DNA of 64,000 bases from an uncultured Candidatus Saccharibacteria bacterium (GTDB lineage: Bacteria; Patescibacteriota; Minisyncoccia; Phycocordibacterales; UBA918). Under the pieces are notes generated by a model. It had not been told where the DNA came from, did no database searches, and saw nothing but the letters and a program-made list of their open reading frames with translations. This document shows, piece after piece, positions 49,028-60,870 of this stretch. Position numbers and translations under genes: made by a program. Positions within the stretch are counted from its first letter, which is position 1; each line of letters begins with the position of its first letter. The stretch is taken from the NCBI GenBank assembly GCA_964552045.1, contig CAZKFF010000005.1:34302-98301 (forward strand), given 5' to 3'.

Positions 49028-49606
49028 TTAAATACCTTTCCTGCCCATCTGTTCAACCTGCTTCAGCCACTGCTGTCGCCGATCTTCAGTCACCTTCTCC
49101 GATGGTCCGAATGTGCACACCGAGGAATTGATGCCGGCAAAGCCAAAGATACCGTGCTGTATCTCGTTGGTGTAATCCCCGAAAAGCCACCAGGTCTTCA
49201 GTGGACTGTGTGTTCCAGCCACCACGATAGTGCGTCCTGTCTTCCCTTTCAGATGCTGAACGAGTTTTTTTGTCTGCTTGTCAAAGTTGAATGCGAATCC
49301 GGGAATCCACATACGGTCAAACAAACCCTTGAGTATGCCAGGCATCGTGCACCACCAGTTCGGGTAGATCACCACAAAGTGATCTGCCGCTCTGATGGCT
49401 TCCTGCAAATTGATCAGATCAGGTTCAAGTTCCTGAATGACCTTGTAACCCTTATGGAGGATCGGATCGAACTGCATATCGCCGATATTGAAGCGGGCAA
49501 CTTCGTGCCCCGCTTCCTCTGCGGCTGCTTGGTAGTGGTCAGCTATGAGTCCGGTGAATGTTTCTGTATCCGGATTGCCAAGGAGCAATACAATTCTTTT
49601 AGACAT
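49028..49606 (-). CDS. Flavodoxin-fold NAD(P)H:quinone oxidoreductase
   Basis: YPNWW..MPG.LKG.FDR...PGFAF. Confidence 0.9.
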   Translation of the reverse strand: MSKRIVLLLGNPDTETFTGLIADHYQAAAEEAGHEVARFNIGDMQFDPILHKGYKVIQELEPDLINLQEAIRAADHFVVIYPNWWCTMPGILKGLFDRMWIPGFAFNFDKQTKKLVQHLKGKTGRTIVVAGTHSPLKTWWLFGDYTNEIQHGIFGFAGINSSVCTFGPSEKVTEDRRQQWLKQVEQMGRKGI

Positions 49607-49667
49607 GAATGCATTATACGGCACAGCGCACGCTGCGCGGCTTGACGCGTGTTGATAGTATATGCTT

Positions 49668-49982
49668 TTAACGGCGTATCGTTCCGTTCGGATTGAACTT
49701 CCCCTGGGAGCCAAGCTGGGCTTCCATCAACTTTTGTTTCATTTCAGGGCTCATGATCGCCATGATCTCTTTCTGGTATTTCGGAAGGATCTTCATGGAT
49801 GCCGCCATCTGATTATTACCGTTTGCCTTCATTTCAGCCTGCAGTTCTTTGGCAATTTTTTCAAACAGGGCAGGGTCTTTCTCTACCATGGTCATGATCA
49901 TTGCCTTCTGGTCTTCGGGAACATTCTTCAGCTGCGACTCGAGCAGCTTCTTCATTGCAAAATTTTTTACTTTTCCAAACAT
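49668..49982 (-). CDS. Hypothetical helical protein
   Basis: M/Q/K-rich ORF; TACAAT 8 nt before ATG at 49982. Confidence 0.7.
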   Translation of the reverse strand: MFGKVKNFAMKKLLESQLKNVPEDQKAMIMTMVEKDPALFEKIAKELQAEMKANGNNQMAASMKILPKYQKEIMAIMSPEMKQKLMEAQLGSQGKFNPNGTIRR

Positions 49983-50092
49983 AGGAGCACATTGTACCAG
50001 AGCCTTTTGACGTATGCACTTTTTTGTTGCCTTGTATGGACAATTCAACAAAAGTGTGTTATTGTTCCGCGACTTAGCACTTTTAATATCAT

Positions 50093-51643
50093 ATGAAATT
50101 ATTGAATCGCCTCTATGGCTGGTACGGCAAACGTACCGTTATTGCATCATGTATAGCAATTGTAGCCCTCATTATCGTGGGCTTTTTGGTCAACAGCCTC
50201 GTCAATGACTCAGCACAGGAAGTTCCGCAGGAAGCACAGCTGAAAACGGTTGCAGTCAGCCGCGTTGACGCGCTTGGCGCTCAAAGCCTTTTCCGTGTGA
50301 CCGGTACGGTCAAAGCCGTTTCTGAGGCGCGTCTGCAGGCAGAAAGCGGCGGACGGATCACCTCGGTTTCTGTATCGCTCGGCGACTCCGTGCGATCCGG
50401 CAGCGTGCTCGCCTCATTGGAAAACAGCGCGCAGCGAGCAGCGCTTCTGCAGGCGCAGGGTGCATACGATGCGGCTGTTGCAGGAGCTGCTTCAAGCCAA
50501 AGCAGCGAAGAGAGCGCACAAACGACCCTTGCCTCTGCACGCATTTCCGGGGTCAATTCCTACAAGAACGCATACATCAGCACGGACAGCGCTGTGCGTA
50601 ACACCATAGACGACCTTTTCTCAAATCCAACCGGTTCTATTCCAGGTTTCCGGCTCGAAGCGTACGGAGACGCACCGGCACTCATCACTGAACGTACAGC
50701 GATTGAGGGGCTTCTTGACGCATGGTCGATCGACATAGCGACCACAGATGTAAACAATATCGAGAACCGCCTGCACTCCGCACTGCAGGATGTCGAGCGC
50801 ATCGCGCGTTACGCAGAAACGCTTGCGCAGATAGTTGCGCGGCAGGAGACGCGATCAACGTTCACACAAACAGACAAGGATACACTGGAAGCGGAATTTC
50901 TGAGCGTACGCTCGTCACTCAACAGCACAGCGCAATCCATAACCACGACAATAACTGCGATTGAAAGTGCGGAGGAATCGCTCGACCGCGCACAGATCGC
51001 CGGATCGGATGCGCCGGTATCCCTTGCCGATGCACAGGTGAAGAGCGCGCTCGGATCATTGCGTGCAGCACAGGCGGCATATGAAAAGACACTGGTTCGC
51101 ACACCGATCTCCGGTGTGGTCAATGCACTCTACCTTAAGGAGGGTGAGTACGCGACCCCGGGAATGCCTGCTGCTGTAGTTGCCAATAACAATGCGCTCG
51201 AGATCTCAACGCATCTCGGTGCTGAGGATGCAAATCAGGTGATGGTCGGTGAACAGGTATTCATTGAAAAATCAGTGCACGGCGTTGTCACTGCTATCGC
51301 TCCTGCAATCGACCCCCTTTCGGGAAAGAAGGAAGTAAAGATCGGCGTTGAGGATGATACGGAGCTTTCCAATGGAAGCACTGTTTCTATAGAGTTTACA
51401 CGAGAGAACTCTGCTGTCTCATCGGTTCTAACTGTTCCGCTCTCTGCGCTGAAGATGACACCTGCCGGTGCACTCGCCTTCACCGTCTCAGACGAACAGA
51501 CGCTCGTTGCACACACTGTACAGCTCGGCGAGATCATGGGCGATGCTGTTGCAATTACCGAAGGCCTCAGTCCTGAGACGGTCATTGTCACCGATGCCCG
51601 TGGACTACGCGAAGGCGAAAAAGTTGAAGTAACACAAGATTAA
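50093..51643 (+). CDS. RND membrane fusion (adaptor) protein with long alpha-hairpin
   Basis: N-terminal TM, lipoyl halves (GDSV..G, RTPISGVV), long coiled coil. Confidence 0.9.
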   Translation: MKLLNRLYGWYGKRTVIASCIAIVALIIVGFLVNSLVNDSAQEVPQEAQLKTVAVSRVDALGAQSLFRVTGTVKAVSEARLQAESGGRITSVSVSLGDSVRSGSVLASLENSAQRAALLQAQGAYDAAVAGAASSQSSEESAQTTLASARISGVNSYKNAYISTDSAVRNTIDDLFSNPTGSIPGFRLEAYGDAPALITERTAIEGLLDAWSIDIATTDVNNIENRLHSALQDVERIARYAETLAQIVARQETRSTFTQTDKDTLEAEFLSVRSSLNSTAQSITTTITAIESAEESLDRAQIAGSDAPVSLADAQVKSALGSLRAAQAAYEKTLVRTPISGVVNALYLKEGEYATPGMPAAVVANNNALEISTHLGAEDANQVMVGEQVFIEKSVHGVVTAIAPAIDPLSGKKEVKIGVEDDTELSNGSTVSIEFTRENSAVSSVLTVPLSALKMTPAGALAFTVSDEQTLVAHTVQLGEIMGDAVAITEGLSPETVIVTDARGLREGEKVEVTQD

Positions 51644-51645
51644 AT

Positions 51646-54600
51646 ATGCACTGGCTTTGGAATTTCTTTTTAGCGAAGCGGCAATTCAGCTTGCTCCTCA
51701 TAGTTGCTCTGTGTGCTGCGGGGGCATACGCAGTGCTTGCCATACCCAAGGAATCGGCACCTGAGGTGATTGTTCCGATCGGGATCGTATCGACAGCATT
51801 TCCAGGGGCTTCCCCTGCAGATGTCGAGGAGCTTGTGACCAATAAGCTCGAAGACTCGATCGCGAATGTTGACGGGCTCGACCGGCTTACATCTTCCTCC
51901 CGTGAAGGTTTTTCAATCATAACGGCAGAGTTTGATGCGAGCGCAGATATCGACAAGTCGATCCAGGACCTCAAGGATGCGGTCGATCAGGCAAAGGGTG
52001 AACTTCCCGAGGACGCGACAGAACCGTCGGTTACCGAGGTAAATTTTGCCGATCAGCCGATCCTCGTTATTTCCATATCATCCGACCTCTCTCCGGTTGA
52101 ATTTACGCAACTCGGCGAATCGCTTGCTGACGAGTTTAAAGGCGTTCCAGGCGTCTCACATGTCGATGTGACCGGAACACGGCCGCGCGAAGTGCAGGTT
52201 CTCGTGAGAGAAGATGCACTGCGGGCATACGGCCTCTCTCTTTCACAGGTGAGTGCGGCACTGCAAAGCGGAAACGTGACGCTTCCCGTGGGAACGATCA
52301 CAACGGACGGCATCGAATATTCGGTCCGGCTTGAAGGCAAGATCACCGATGCTGCACAGATTGGGGCTATCCCGGTTGCGTCTTTAAACGGCACTCCGGT
52401 GTATATACGTGATGTTGCAATGGTTGCAAACAATGTCGAAAGAGAAACTACAATCTCACGGGTTTCAGTGGAGGGCGCCCCTTCAGAAAAGGCGTTGACG
52501 CTCTCGATCTATAAACGCGCGGGAGTTGATGTCACCGATATGTCTGATGCTGTTCACCGGAAACTTTCTGAAATGGAAGCTGATGGTGGCGTACTGTCCG
52601 ATTCTCAGGTACTCGTTGTATTGGATTCAGGAAAGGATGTCAGGGAAGAGCTTTCTGAGCTCGTCGGTGTCGGGTTCGAAACCGTTGTGCTTGTCATCAT
52701 CTGTCTTCTCCTCACCATCGGTTGGCGAGAATCACTCGTTGCGGCGCTTTCCATTCCTCTTTCGTTTGTGATCGCATTCATCGGGTTGTATGCTTCAGGA
52801 AATACGATCAACTTCGTATCGCTCTTCGCGCTTATTCTCGCCATCGGTATTTTGGTGGATTCAGGGATCGTGGTCACTGAAGCGATCCATACGCGCATGC
52901 GCAAGTACCGCAACCCCGATGAAGCTGCCCGTGCATCGATCCGTGAATACGCATGGCCGCTGATCGGCGGCACCATGGTGACGGTTGCAGTATTCTTTCC
53001 GCTTTTCTTTCTTTCGGGCATCGTTGGAGAGTTCATTGCTTCGATTCCCTTTACTATTATTTTCGTTTTGATCGCATCAATTGTCGTTGCTCTCGGCATG
53101 GTGCCGCTTATCGCTATCTATCTTACAAAACACTCGAGCTCAAACCGATTCGAAGAGCTGCAGGAAGAATACACGCACAAAGCGCAGGCATGGTACCGTG
53201 CGCGCCTGGTGCAATTCCTCAACAATACGAAAGCACAGCAATTCTTCATCTGGGGACTTATCGGTGCGCTTGTTGTGTGCCTTATGTTGCCGTTTAGCGG
53301 TATCTTGAAAGTCATCTTCTTTCCGCCCGAGGATGTGGACTACGTCTTTGTGGAGATCGAAGCGAAGCAAGGCACACCGGTTTTGAACACTGATCTCTCG
53401 GTGCGCGCCGCTGAAGAGCTGCTATACAACAAACCGTACGTGGAATCGTTCACCTCAACAGCAGGCGCTGGATCGGCATTCACCGGCAGCGGCAATGCTG
53501 GCGGCCGGTTCGGCAATATCACCATAACGCTGAAAGAGGACAGAACAGAATCGAGTGCTGAGATCGCAGCAGACCTTCGCACAACCTATGCGGATCTCAC
53601 GGATGTAAAAATATCCATCAGTGAATTGGCGACCGGTCCGGCTTCGGGTGCACCGATCACTATCCGCTTCATTGGCGATGATCTCGCAGCACTCGGGGTT
53701 GCTGCCTCCAATGCTGAGACGCTCCTCCGCTCGATTGACGGCACACGTGACGTCAATTCCACAACCAATACAAGCGCCGCCGAGGTTGTCCTCAGCATTG
53801 ACCGCTCAAAAGCAAATGCTGCCGGCGTCTCGACATTTGCGGTAGGTGAGCTCCTCCGCAGCGCTGTGTTTGGATCGACTGCCACCACCATAAGTGAGGA
53901 AGGTACTGATATTGATGTCGTTGTACGGCTGCAGGTTGATCCGCTTGCCACCGACCCGTCAGCAGCACCACAGATCACGCTTGATGCGCTCCGCAATCTC
54001 TCTGTGCCAAGTCAGAACGGCGGTACAGTACTGCTGAGCTCCATCATGAGCGAACAGCTGCAGCCAGCAAGTATTGCGGTGTCTCATGAAGACCAGGAGC
54101 GCGTTGAGACTGTCACGGCATATACAGAAGGAAAAACAACAGCCGGAGAGATCGTCGCGGCATTTCAGGCGCGACAGGCAGAGCTTGACCTGCAAGAAGG
54201 AGTCCGCATCTCATACGGCGGCGAGACGGAGGACATCAACCAGTCATTTACTGAAATGGGATTGGCATTCGTCGCCGGTCTGGTACTGATGCTTGCGATT
54301 CTCGTGCTTTCATTTAATTCTATCCGTTATTCGCTTTACCTCCTTTCCGCTGTGCCGCTTTCGCTTATCGGGGTTATCATCGGGCTGGCGCTCACCGGGC
54401 AGTCGCTGTCATTCACTTCGATCCTTGGCGTGATTGCGCTGGCGGGGGTCATCATCAACCATGCGATCATCCTTATGGATTCAATGATTCATCAGCGAAC
54501 TACACATCAGGGCGAACTGATCGACATTGTTGCCGACTCTGCTGTCTCACGTTTCCGTCCGATCCTGCTTACCACCATTACAACGGTTGTTGGTATGGTG

Positions 54601-54750
54601 CCGCTGTCTACCATATCAGATTTTTGGAGTCCGCTTGCGTTTGCGATCATGTTCGGACTGAGCTTCGCCATGATTCTTACTTTGGTGCTTGTGCCGACAC
54701 TCTTCTACAGGAATGAGAAGAGAAAAACTGAGCGGGCGCAGAACACGTAG
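51646..54750 (+). CDS. RND permease (AcrB/HAE1-like)
   Basis: 1034 aa; PGASP..VE, IGILVD, RFRPILLTT. Confidence 0.95.
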   Translation: MHWLWNFFLAKRQFSLLLIVALCAAGAYAVLAIPKESAPEVIVPIGIVSTAFPGASPADVEELVTNKLEDSIANVDGLDRLTSSSREGFSIITAEFDASADIDKSIQDLKDAVDQAKGELPEDATEPSVTEVNFADQPILVISISSDLSPVEFTQLGESLADEFKGVPGVSHVDVTGTRPREVQVLVREDALRAYGLSLSQVSAALQSGNVTLPVGTITTDGIEYSVRLEGKITDAAQIGAIPVASLNGTPVYIRDVAMVANNVERETTISRVSVEGAPSEKALTLSIYKRAGVDVTDMSDAVHRKLSEMEADGGVLSDSQVLVVLDSGKDVREELSELVGVGFETVVLVIICLLLTIGWRESLVAALSIPLSFVIAFIGLYASGNTINFVSLFALILAIGILVDSGIVVTEAIHTRMRKYRNPDEAARASIREYAWPLIGGTMVTVAVFFPLFFLSGIVGEFIASIPFTIIFVLIASIVVALGMVPLIAIYLTKHSSSNRFEELQEEYTHKAQAWYRARLVQFLNNTKAQQFFIWGLIGALVVCLMLPFSGILKVIFFPPEDVDYVFVEIEAKQGTPVLNTDLSVRAAEELLYNKPYVESFTSTAGAGSAFTGSGNAGGRFGNITITLKEDRTESSAEIAADLRTTYADLTDVKISISELATGPASGAPITIRFIGDDLAALGVAASNAETLLRSIDGTRDVNSTTNTSAAEVVLSIDRSKANAAGVSTFAVGELLRSAVFGSTATTISEEGTDIDVVVRLQVDPLATDPSAAPQITLDALRNLSVPSQNGGTVLLSSIMSEQLQPASIAVSHEDQERVETVTAYTEGKTTAGEIVAAFQARQAELDLQEGVRISYGGETEDINQSFTEMGLAFVAGLVLMLAILVLSFNSIRYSLYLLSAVPLSLIGVIIGLALTGQSLSFTSILGVIALAGVIINHAIILMDSMIHQRTTHQGELIDIVADSAVSRFRPILLTTITTVVGMVPLSTISDFWSPLAFAIMFGLSFAMILTLVLVPTLFYRNEKRKTERAQNT

Positions 54751-54763
54751 CTCTCGCACATGC

Positions 54764-54807
54764 CATCATAAAAAAATCTGCACGGAAGTGCAGGTTTTTT
54801 TATGATG
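54764..54807. terminator. Bidirectional terminator
   Basis: CATCATAAAAAAATCTGCAC-GGAA-GTGCAGGTTTTTTTATGATG between convergent genes. Confidence 0.85.
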
Positions 54808-54815
54808 CACATAGC

Positions 54816-55352
54816 TCACTGCTGTGACGGTGCGGGTGCGGCAGGAGTGTTCTTTTTCTTGAGATATGACATCGCGCCATTTATCACAGCGATCGCAAGG
54901 GTTATTGCCGCCGCATAACCGACGAGGAATTCAATGTATGAGAAGCCGGTCAATCCGAGCGGCACAAGCGCAAACACAACTCCGAGAGTGTACCATGTAG
55001 ACGCCTGGAGCGCCGGGCCGATATTCGAAGGCATAATGTGTTTGGTCATAAGGAAAGCATTAAGGAATAGCATCGCTATGAGCGTCCACATGCCGAGAAT
55101 GAACGGCGAGAAATACAGCATACCTCCATCCGCGAAGGACAGCAGGCCAATAAACGCTGCAAGAACGAGGATGAGTATCATCGCTACACGCAGTACGATG
55201 TAGACTACGCCCATGAGCTTGCGCTCCTGCACATCTATGGTTCCATCCGCGATCGCTACGAAAAAATTTATAACAGCGAGTGTAGATGAACCGACGCCGA
55301 GGGAAATTGCCAATGACTGCAATACCACAGCAAGAATAATTAACATATCCAT
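54816..55352 (-). CDS. Hypothetical integral membrane protein
   Basis: About 5 TM helices; TATACT 8 nt before ATG. Confidence 0.75.
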   Translation of the reverse strand: MDMLIILAVVLQSLAISLGVGSSTLAVINFFVAIADGTIDVQERKLMGVVYIVLRVAMILILVLAAFIGLLSFADGGMLYFSPFILGMWTLIAMLFLNAFLMTKHIMPSNIGPALQASTWYTLGVVFALVPLGLTGFSYIEFLVGYAAAITLAIAVINGAMSYLKKKNTPAAPAPSQQ

Positions 55353-55366
55353 ATATCATCAGTATA

Positions 55367-55396
55367 GCAATAAGAGCCCTTAGGGGCTCTTATTGC
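55367..55396 (-). terminator. Probable atp operon terminator
   Basis: GCAATAAGAGCCC-N4-GGGCTCTTATTGC after atpC. Confidence 0.65.
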
Positions 55397-55416
55397 TGTG
55401 TTTATATGTCGTAACT

Positions 55417-55668
55417 CTATATGAGAATGGTCGCGTGATTATGACTTATCTCAAGCGTTCCACCCTCAGCCAGTACCTTGTCTTCTGTGCCATCTTCCAA
55501 TCTATAGCTGATGGTTCCTTGCCGCAGCGGGGTAATAAGCGGCGTGTGGTCGGCCAATATGGTCATTTCTCCGGCTATTCCCGGAACAGTCACAAATACG
55601 ACCGGGCCATCGAACAATGGGCCGTCTACGCGTGATATGGTCAATTGGAGTAATCGCTGCGACGCCAT
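55417..55668 (-). CDS. atpC: ATP synthase epsilon (beta-sandwich only)
   Basis: GEMTILADHTPLIT; follows atpD. Confidence 0.93.
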   Translation of the reverse strand: MASQRLLQLTISRVDGPLFDGPVVFVTVPGIAGEMTILADHTPLITPLRQGTISYRLEDGTEDKVLAEGGTLEISHNHATILI

Positions 55669-55670
55669 GG

Positions 55671-57059
<1,389 letters not shown>

Positions 57060-57086
57060 TTAATGTTAATTGACTCTTCCTTATAA

Positions 57087-57992
57087 TCACTCTTTCATCG
57101 CCTCCATGCCTCCAGTGATCTCTGAGACCTCGGCAGTGATGGCTGCCTGGCGCTGCTTGTTGTACTGGAGGGTGAGCGCCCGCGCCACTTCTTTGGACTT
57201 GTCGGTTGCATTCTTCATGGCAACCATGCGCGCAGAATGCTCGCTTGCTTTGCTTTCTATGAGCGCATGATAGAGCATGATCTGTACTAATAGCGGGATG
57301 AGCGCATCAAGAACCTCCTCTGACGAAGGCTCGATGGTATAGAGGATCTGTCCATCTCCTGGCACGTCCTCATCGCTCCATTTGCCGTTCTTTGGACGTA
57401 TGCCTTGCATGATGTAATGGATCTCAGCAGGGTCAAGCGGCAGTATCTGGCGCTGTGTCGGATCCTGTTCAAATGTCGAGATGAAGTTCTGATAGAGGAC
57501 ATGGACGGTCCTGTATACGCCGCTCGCAAAACTATCGACGATACGTGCGGACATCTCGCGGACATCAGCGAGAACAACGTCATCGCTCACGTTAGTGAAT
57601 GATGCGAGGATCGTCTTCTTTTCACGATTGGCATATTCAAATGCTTTACGGCCGATGCATATGACATCCGCTTCAGCCGCCGTCCTGAAGAGTTCGTCGG
57701 CTCTTTTGAGCACAGCGCTGTTGACGCTTCCAGCGAGACCCTTATCGCTGGTGACAATAACGACAAGCATCTTTCCAGAATCTCTCTTTTGTGCGAACGG
57801 GTGCGAAAGGCCGTCCTGAGATTCTGAAAGCCGCTGCAGGATACGCAGCGCCGAATGCACATATGGTCGGCCGACAAACGCTTTCTGCTGGCTCTTGCGC
57901 ATCTTCACCGCAGACACGGCCTCCATTGCCTTGGTCACTTTGCCGGTCTTCTGGGTTGCGAGTATTTTGTTTTTGATCTGCTTGAGCGCCAT
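57087..57992 (-). CDS. atpG: ATP synthase gamma
   Basis: SDKGLAG, SEHSARMVAM, RQAAITAE. Confidence 0.97.
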   Translation of the reverse strand: MALKQIKNKILATQKTGKVTKAMEAVSAVKMRKSQQKAFVGRPYVHSALRILQRLSESQDGLSHPFAQKRDSGKMLVVIVTSDKGLAGSVNSAVLKRADELFRTAAEADVICIGRKAFEYANREKKTILASFTNVSDDVVLADVREMSARIVDSFASGVYRTVHVLYQNFISTFEQDPTQRQILPLDPAEIHYIMQGIRPKNGKWSDEDVPGDGQILYTIEPSSEEVLDALIPLLVQIMLYHALIESKASEHSARMVAMKNATDKSKEVARALTLQYNKQRQAAITAEVSEITGGMEAMKE

Positions 57993-58001
57993 GCTTGTTT
58001 T

Positions 58002-59567
58002 TTATGCGTAGAACATTTGATGCGATTCCTTGAATGAAGCGATCGCTGTATTGAGTGCAGTGACAACATCGTCGGTAAGTTCCCGTCCGGCCTCTATTGT
58101 CGTGAGCACATCCTTGTGATCCCGCTGCAGGTACGACAAGAATGCCTCTTCAATATCCTGTGTCTTCTCAACCGGTGCACCGTTGAAAATGCCGTTATTA
58201 GCCGCATAGATCGCTACCGCCTGCAGAAAGAATGGGGTTGGGTTTCCCTGCTTCTGTTTCAGCAGCTCAACGTATTTCCGTCCGCTTTCGATGCGCTGTT
58301 TGGTGTCCTCATCAAGATCGGATGCGAACTGCATGAAGGCCTCAAGCTCACGGAACTGCGCGAGCTCAAGCTTGATCTTTCCCGATACCTTCTTCATGGC
58401 CTTTGTCTGTGCAGAGGAACCCACGCGTGACACGGAATTCCCCACATTGATCGCCGGGCGCACACCTTTGTTGAAGAGGTCGGTCTCAAGGAATATCTGT
58501 CCGTCGGTGATCGAGATCACGTTCGTCGGAATATATGCGGAGATATCGCCCTCCTGTGTCTCAATGATCGGCAGCGCGGTTATCGAACCTCCCCCGAGCT
58601 CCTTTGAGAGCGTCGCTGAGCGTTCAAGCAACCGGGAATGGAGATAGAAGATATCCCCTGGATATGCTTCACGTCCGGGCGGACGGCGCAGAAGGAGCGA
58701 CATTTGTCGGTATGCATTTGCATGCTTTGAGAGATCGTCGAATACCACGAGTACATCCTTCCCCTGCTGCATGAAGTATTCACCAATGGCAGCGCCGGCA
58801 AAAGGTGCCAAAAAGAGCATCGGGGACGCCTCTGATGCCGAAGTCGCAACAATAGTGGTGTAGTCCATGGCGCCGGCTTCTTCCAGTTTCGCCATGATGC
58901 TTGCAGTCTTTGATCGTTTTTGTCCGATAGCTACGTAAATGCAGATAGGGCGCTTCTCCTTCGGCTCATATTTCTGGTTGATGATCGTATCAATGGCAAT
59001 GGTTGTCTTGCCGGTGCCTCGGTCGCCGATGATAAGCTCACGCTGCCCACGCCCAATCGGGATCATGGCATCGATCGCTTTGATGCCGGTGTGTATCGGC
59101 TCGTTTACGGCAGAGCGTTCCATCACCCCGTATGCAACTCGCTCGATCGGCATATCTCTCTCCGCTTTGATTGTACCCTTGCCGTCGATGGCTTCACCGA
59201 GCGGCGAAACCACACGGCCAATGATGTCTTCGCCTACCGGGATCGAGAGCAGCTTCCCTGTCCGCGACACCCGCATGCCTTCTTTCACGCGACTGCTTTC
59301 ACCGAGCACCACCACTTTCACCGTATCCTCTTCGAGGTTGAGTACCAGCCCAAAAAGCGCTTCCTTTTTTTGGAGCGTCGCTTCAAGGGTTTGCCCCTGC
59401 GCATCATCAAAGACCACCATCTCCATCATTTGCGCCTGCTGCAGACCCTGGATCTCAGCGATACCGTCGCCGACAGCGATCACGCTGCCGACCTCAGAGA
59501 CAGTTTCCGGTGCTGTATTGATGTGCTCGATCTCTTTTTTTATGCGTTCAATAATTGCTGTACTCAT
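58002..59567 (-). CDS. atpA: ATP synthase alpha
   Basis: GDRGTGKT, PPGREAYPGD. Confidence 0.98.
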   Translation of the reverse strand: MSTAIIERIKKEIEHINTAPETVSEVGSVIAVGDGIAEIQGLQQAQMMEMVVFDDAQGQTLEATLQKKEALFGLVLNLEEDTVKVVVLGESSRVKEGMRVSRTGKLLSIPVGEDIIGRVVSPLGEAIDGKGTIKAERDMPIERVAYGVMERSAVNEPIHTGIKAIDAMIPIGRGQRELIIGDRGTGKTTIAIDTIINQKYEPKEKRPICIYVAIGQKRSKTASIMAKLEEAGAMDYTTIVATSASEASPMLFLAPFAGAAIGEYFMQQGKDVLVVFDDLSKHANAYRQMSLLLRRPPGREAYPGDIFYLHSRLLERSATLSKELGGGSITALPIIETQEGDISAYIPTNVISITDGQIFLETDLFNKGVRPAINVGNSVSRVGSSAQTKAMKKVSGKIKLELAQFRELEAFMQFASDLDEDTKQRIESGRKYVELLKQKQGNPTPFFLQAVAIYAANNGIFNGAPVEKTQDIEEAFLSYLQRDHKDVLTTIEAGRELTDDVVTALNTAIASFKESHQMFYA

Positions 59568-59591
59568 ACTGGTGGTGTTACTCAATAATAA

Positions 59592-59978
59592 TTATGTGGT
59601 GATGGACTGATAAAGCGAGACAAGCCTCTCTTTATATGACCGGTTGATAAGTTTTCCGTCATGTGCAGCGATAAAGCCGCCGATGATACTCGGATCCACA
59701 GTGACAGCCGCCTCCTCAGCGTTGCCCCCAAGTGTGCCAAGTGCTGCACTCAGAGCGCTTCGAAGCTTCCGTAGATCAGTTTCTTTTGCAACGACAATTG
59801 AAGACGAGTGTAGCGCTTCTCTGTGTAGGAGTTCGCGTTCTGCGCCCTTAAGTATTCGCGTATGCAGCTGTTCATGTCCGTTCTTTACGAGCACTGTTTT
59901 GAGATTTCCAAGCACAACATCAACATCACTGCCCTGCAGCAAAAGTGAAACAACGGCTGTGATGTAATGTTTTTCCAT
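59592..59978 (-). CDS. atpH: ATP synthase delta (short)
   Basis: VDPSIIGG; operon position. Confidence 0.85.
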   Translation of the reverse strand: MEKHYITAVVSLLLQGSDVDVVLGNLKTVLVKNGHEQLHTRILKGAERELLHREALHSSSIVVAKETDLRKLRSALSAALGTLGGNAEEAAVTVDPSIIGGFIAAHDGKLINRSYKERLVSLYQSITT

Positions 59979-59980
59979 GG

Positions 59981-60430
59981 TTATGATGTTTTTTCAGCAA
60001 GGATCTTCTCAGCAGTGAGGATCGCCATTTTTGCAATCTCTGCCTCGCTTTCCTTCAGCGCCTGCTCTTTAAGAAGCGCGCTCTTTGCCTCAGCGTCTTT
60101 GAGGACGTCAGAGGCTTTCGCATGCGCAGCATTGACGATCTCCTCTTCTGTTTCCTTCGCAAACGCTTTGGCGCGAGCATCAATCTGTTGTGCTTCCTTC
60201 TGCGCCTGGGTCAGTACCGCCTGTTTCTCCTCAAGGGCTGATGCCTTGGCAACTGCTGCCACCTCCGCATCCTTAATGCCTTGCTTGATCATTTCTTCAC
60301 GGTCATTGAGGAGTTTGAGAACTGGTTTATAGAGGAAGTACGACAAAGCCGCCAGGAGCACAACGAAGTTGATGATCTGGACAATAATGAGCTTTATGTC
60401 GATGCCGAAGGCGTGAATAAGTTGTTCCAT
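59981..60430 (-). CDS. atpF: ATP synthase subunit b
   Basis: QIINF...LYKPV...L.DR then coiled coil. Confidence 0.93.
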   Translation of the reverse strand: MEQLIHAFGIDIKLIIVQIINFVVLLAALSYFLYKPVLKLLNDREEMIKQGIKDAEVAAVAKASALEEKQAVLTQAQKEAQQIDARAKAFAKETEEEIVNAAHAKASDVLKDAEAKSALLKEQALKESEAEIAKMAILTAEKILAEKTS

Positions 60431-60536
60431 ACGTAATTTCGCAGTTACGCGACATTGATCGGTCATGTCTGAAAGTCTCCTTAGAACGGAAGACCCTTAG
60501 ACATCTGCATGATCAAAAGCCGCTTCCGCTCCTTGA

Positions 60537-60821
<285 letters not shown>

Positions 60822-60870
60822 CTATTAACGGACAAACATGAGCCAACGACTGCGGGCTCATTCTCACCCA

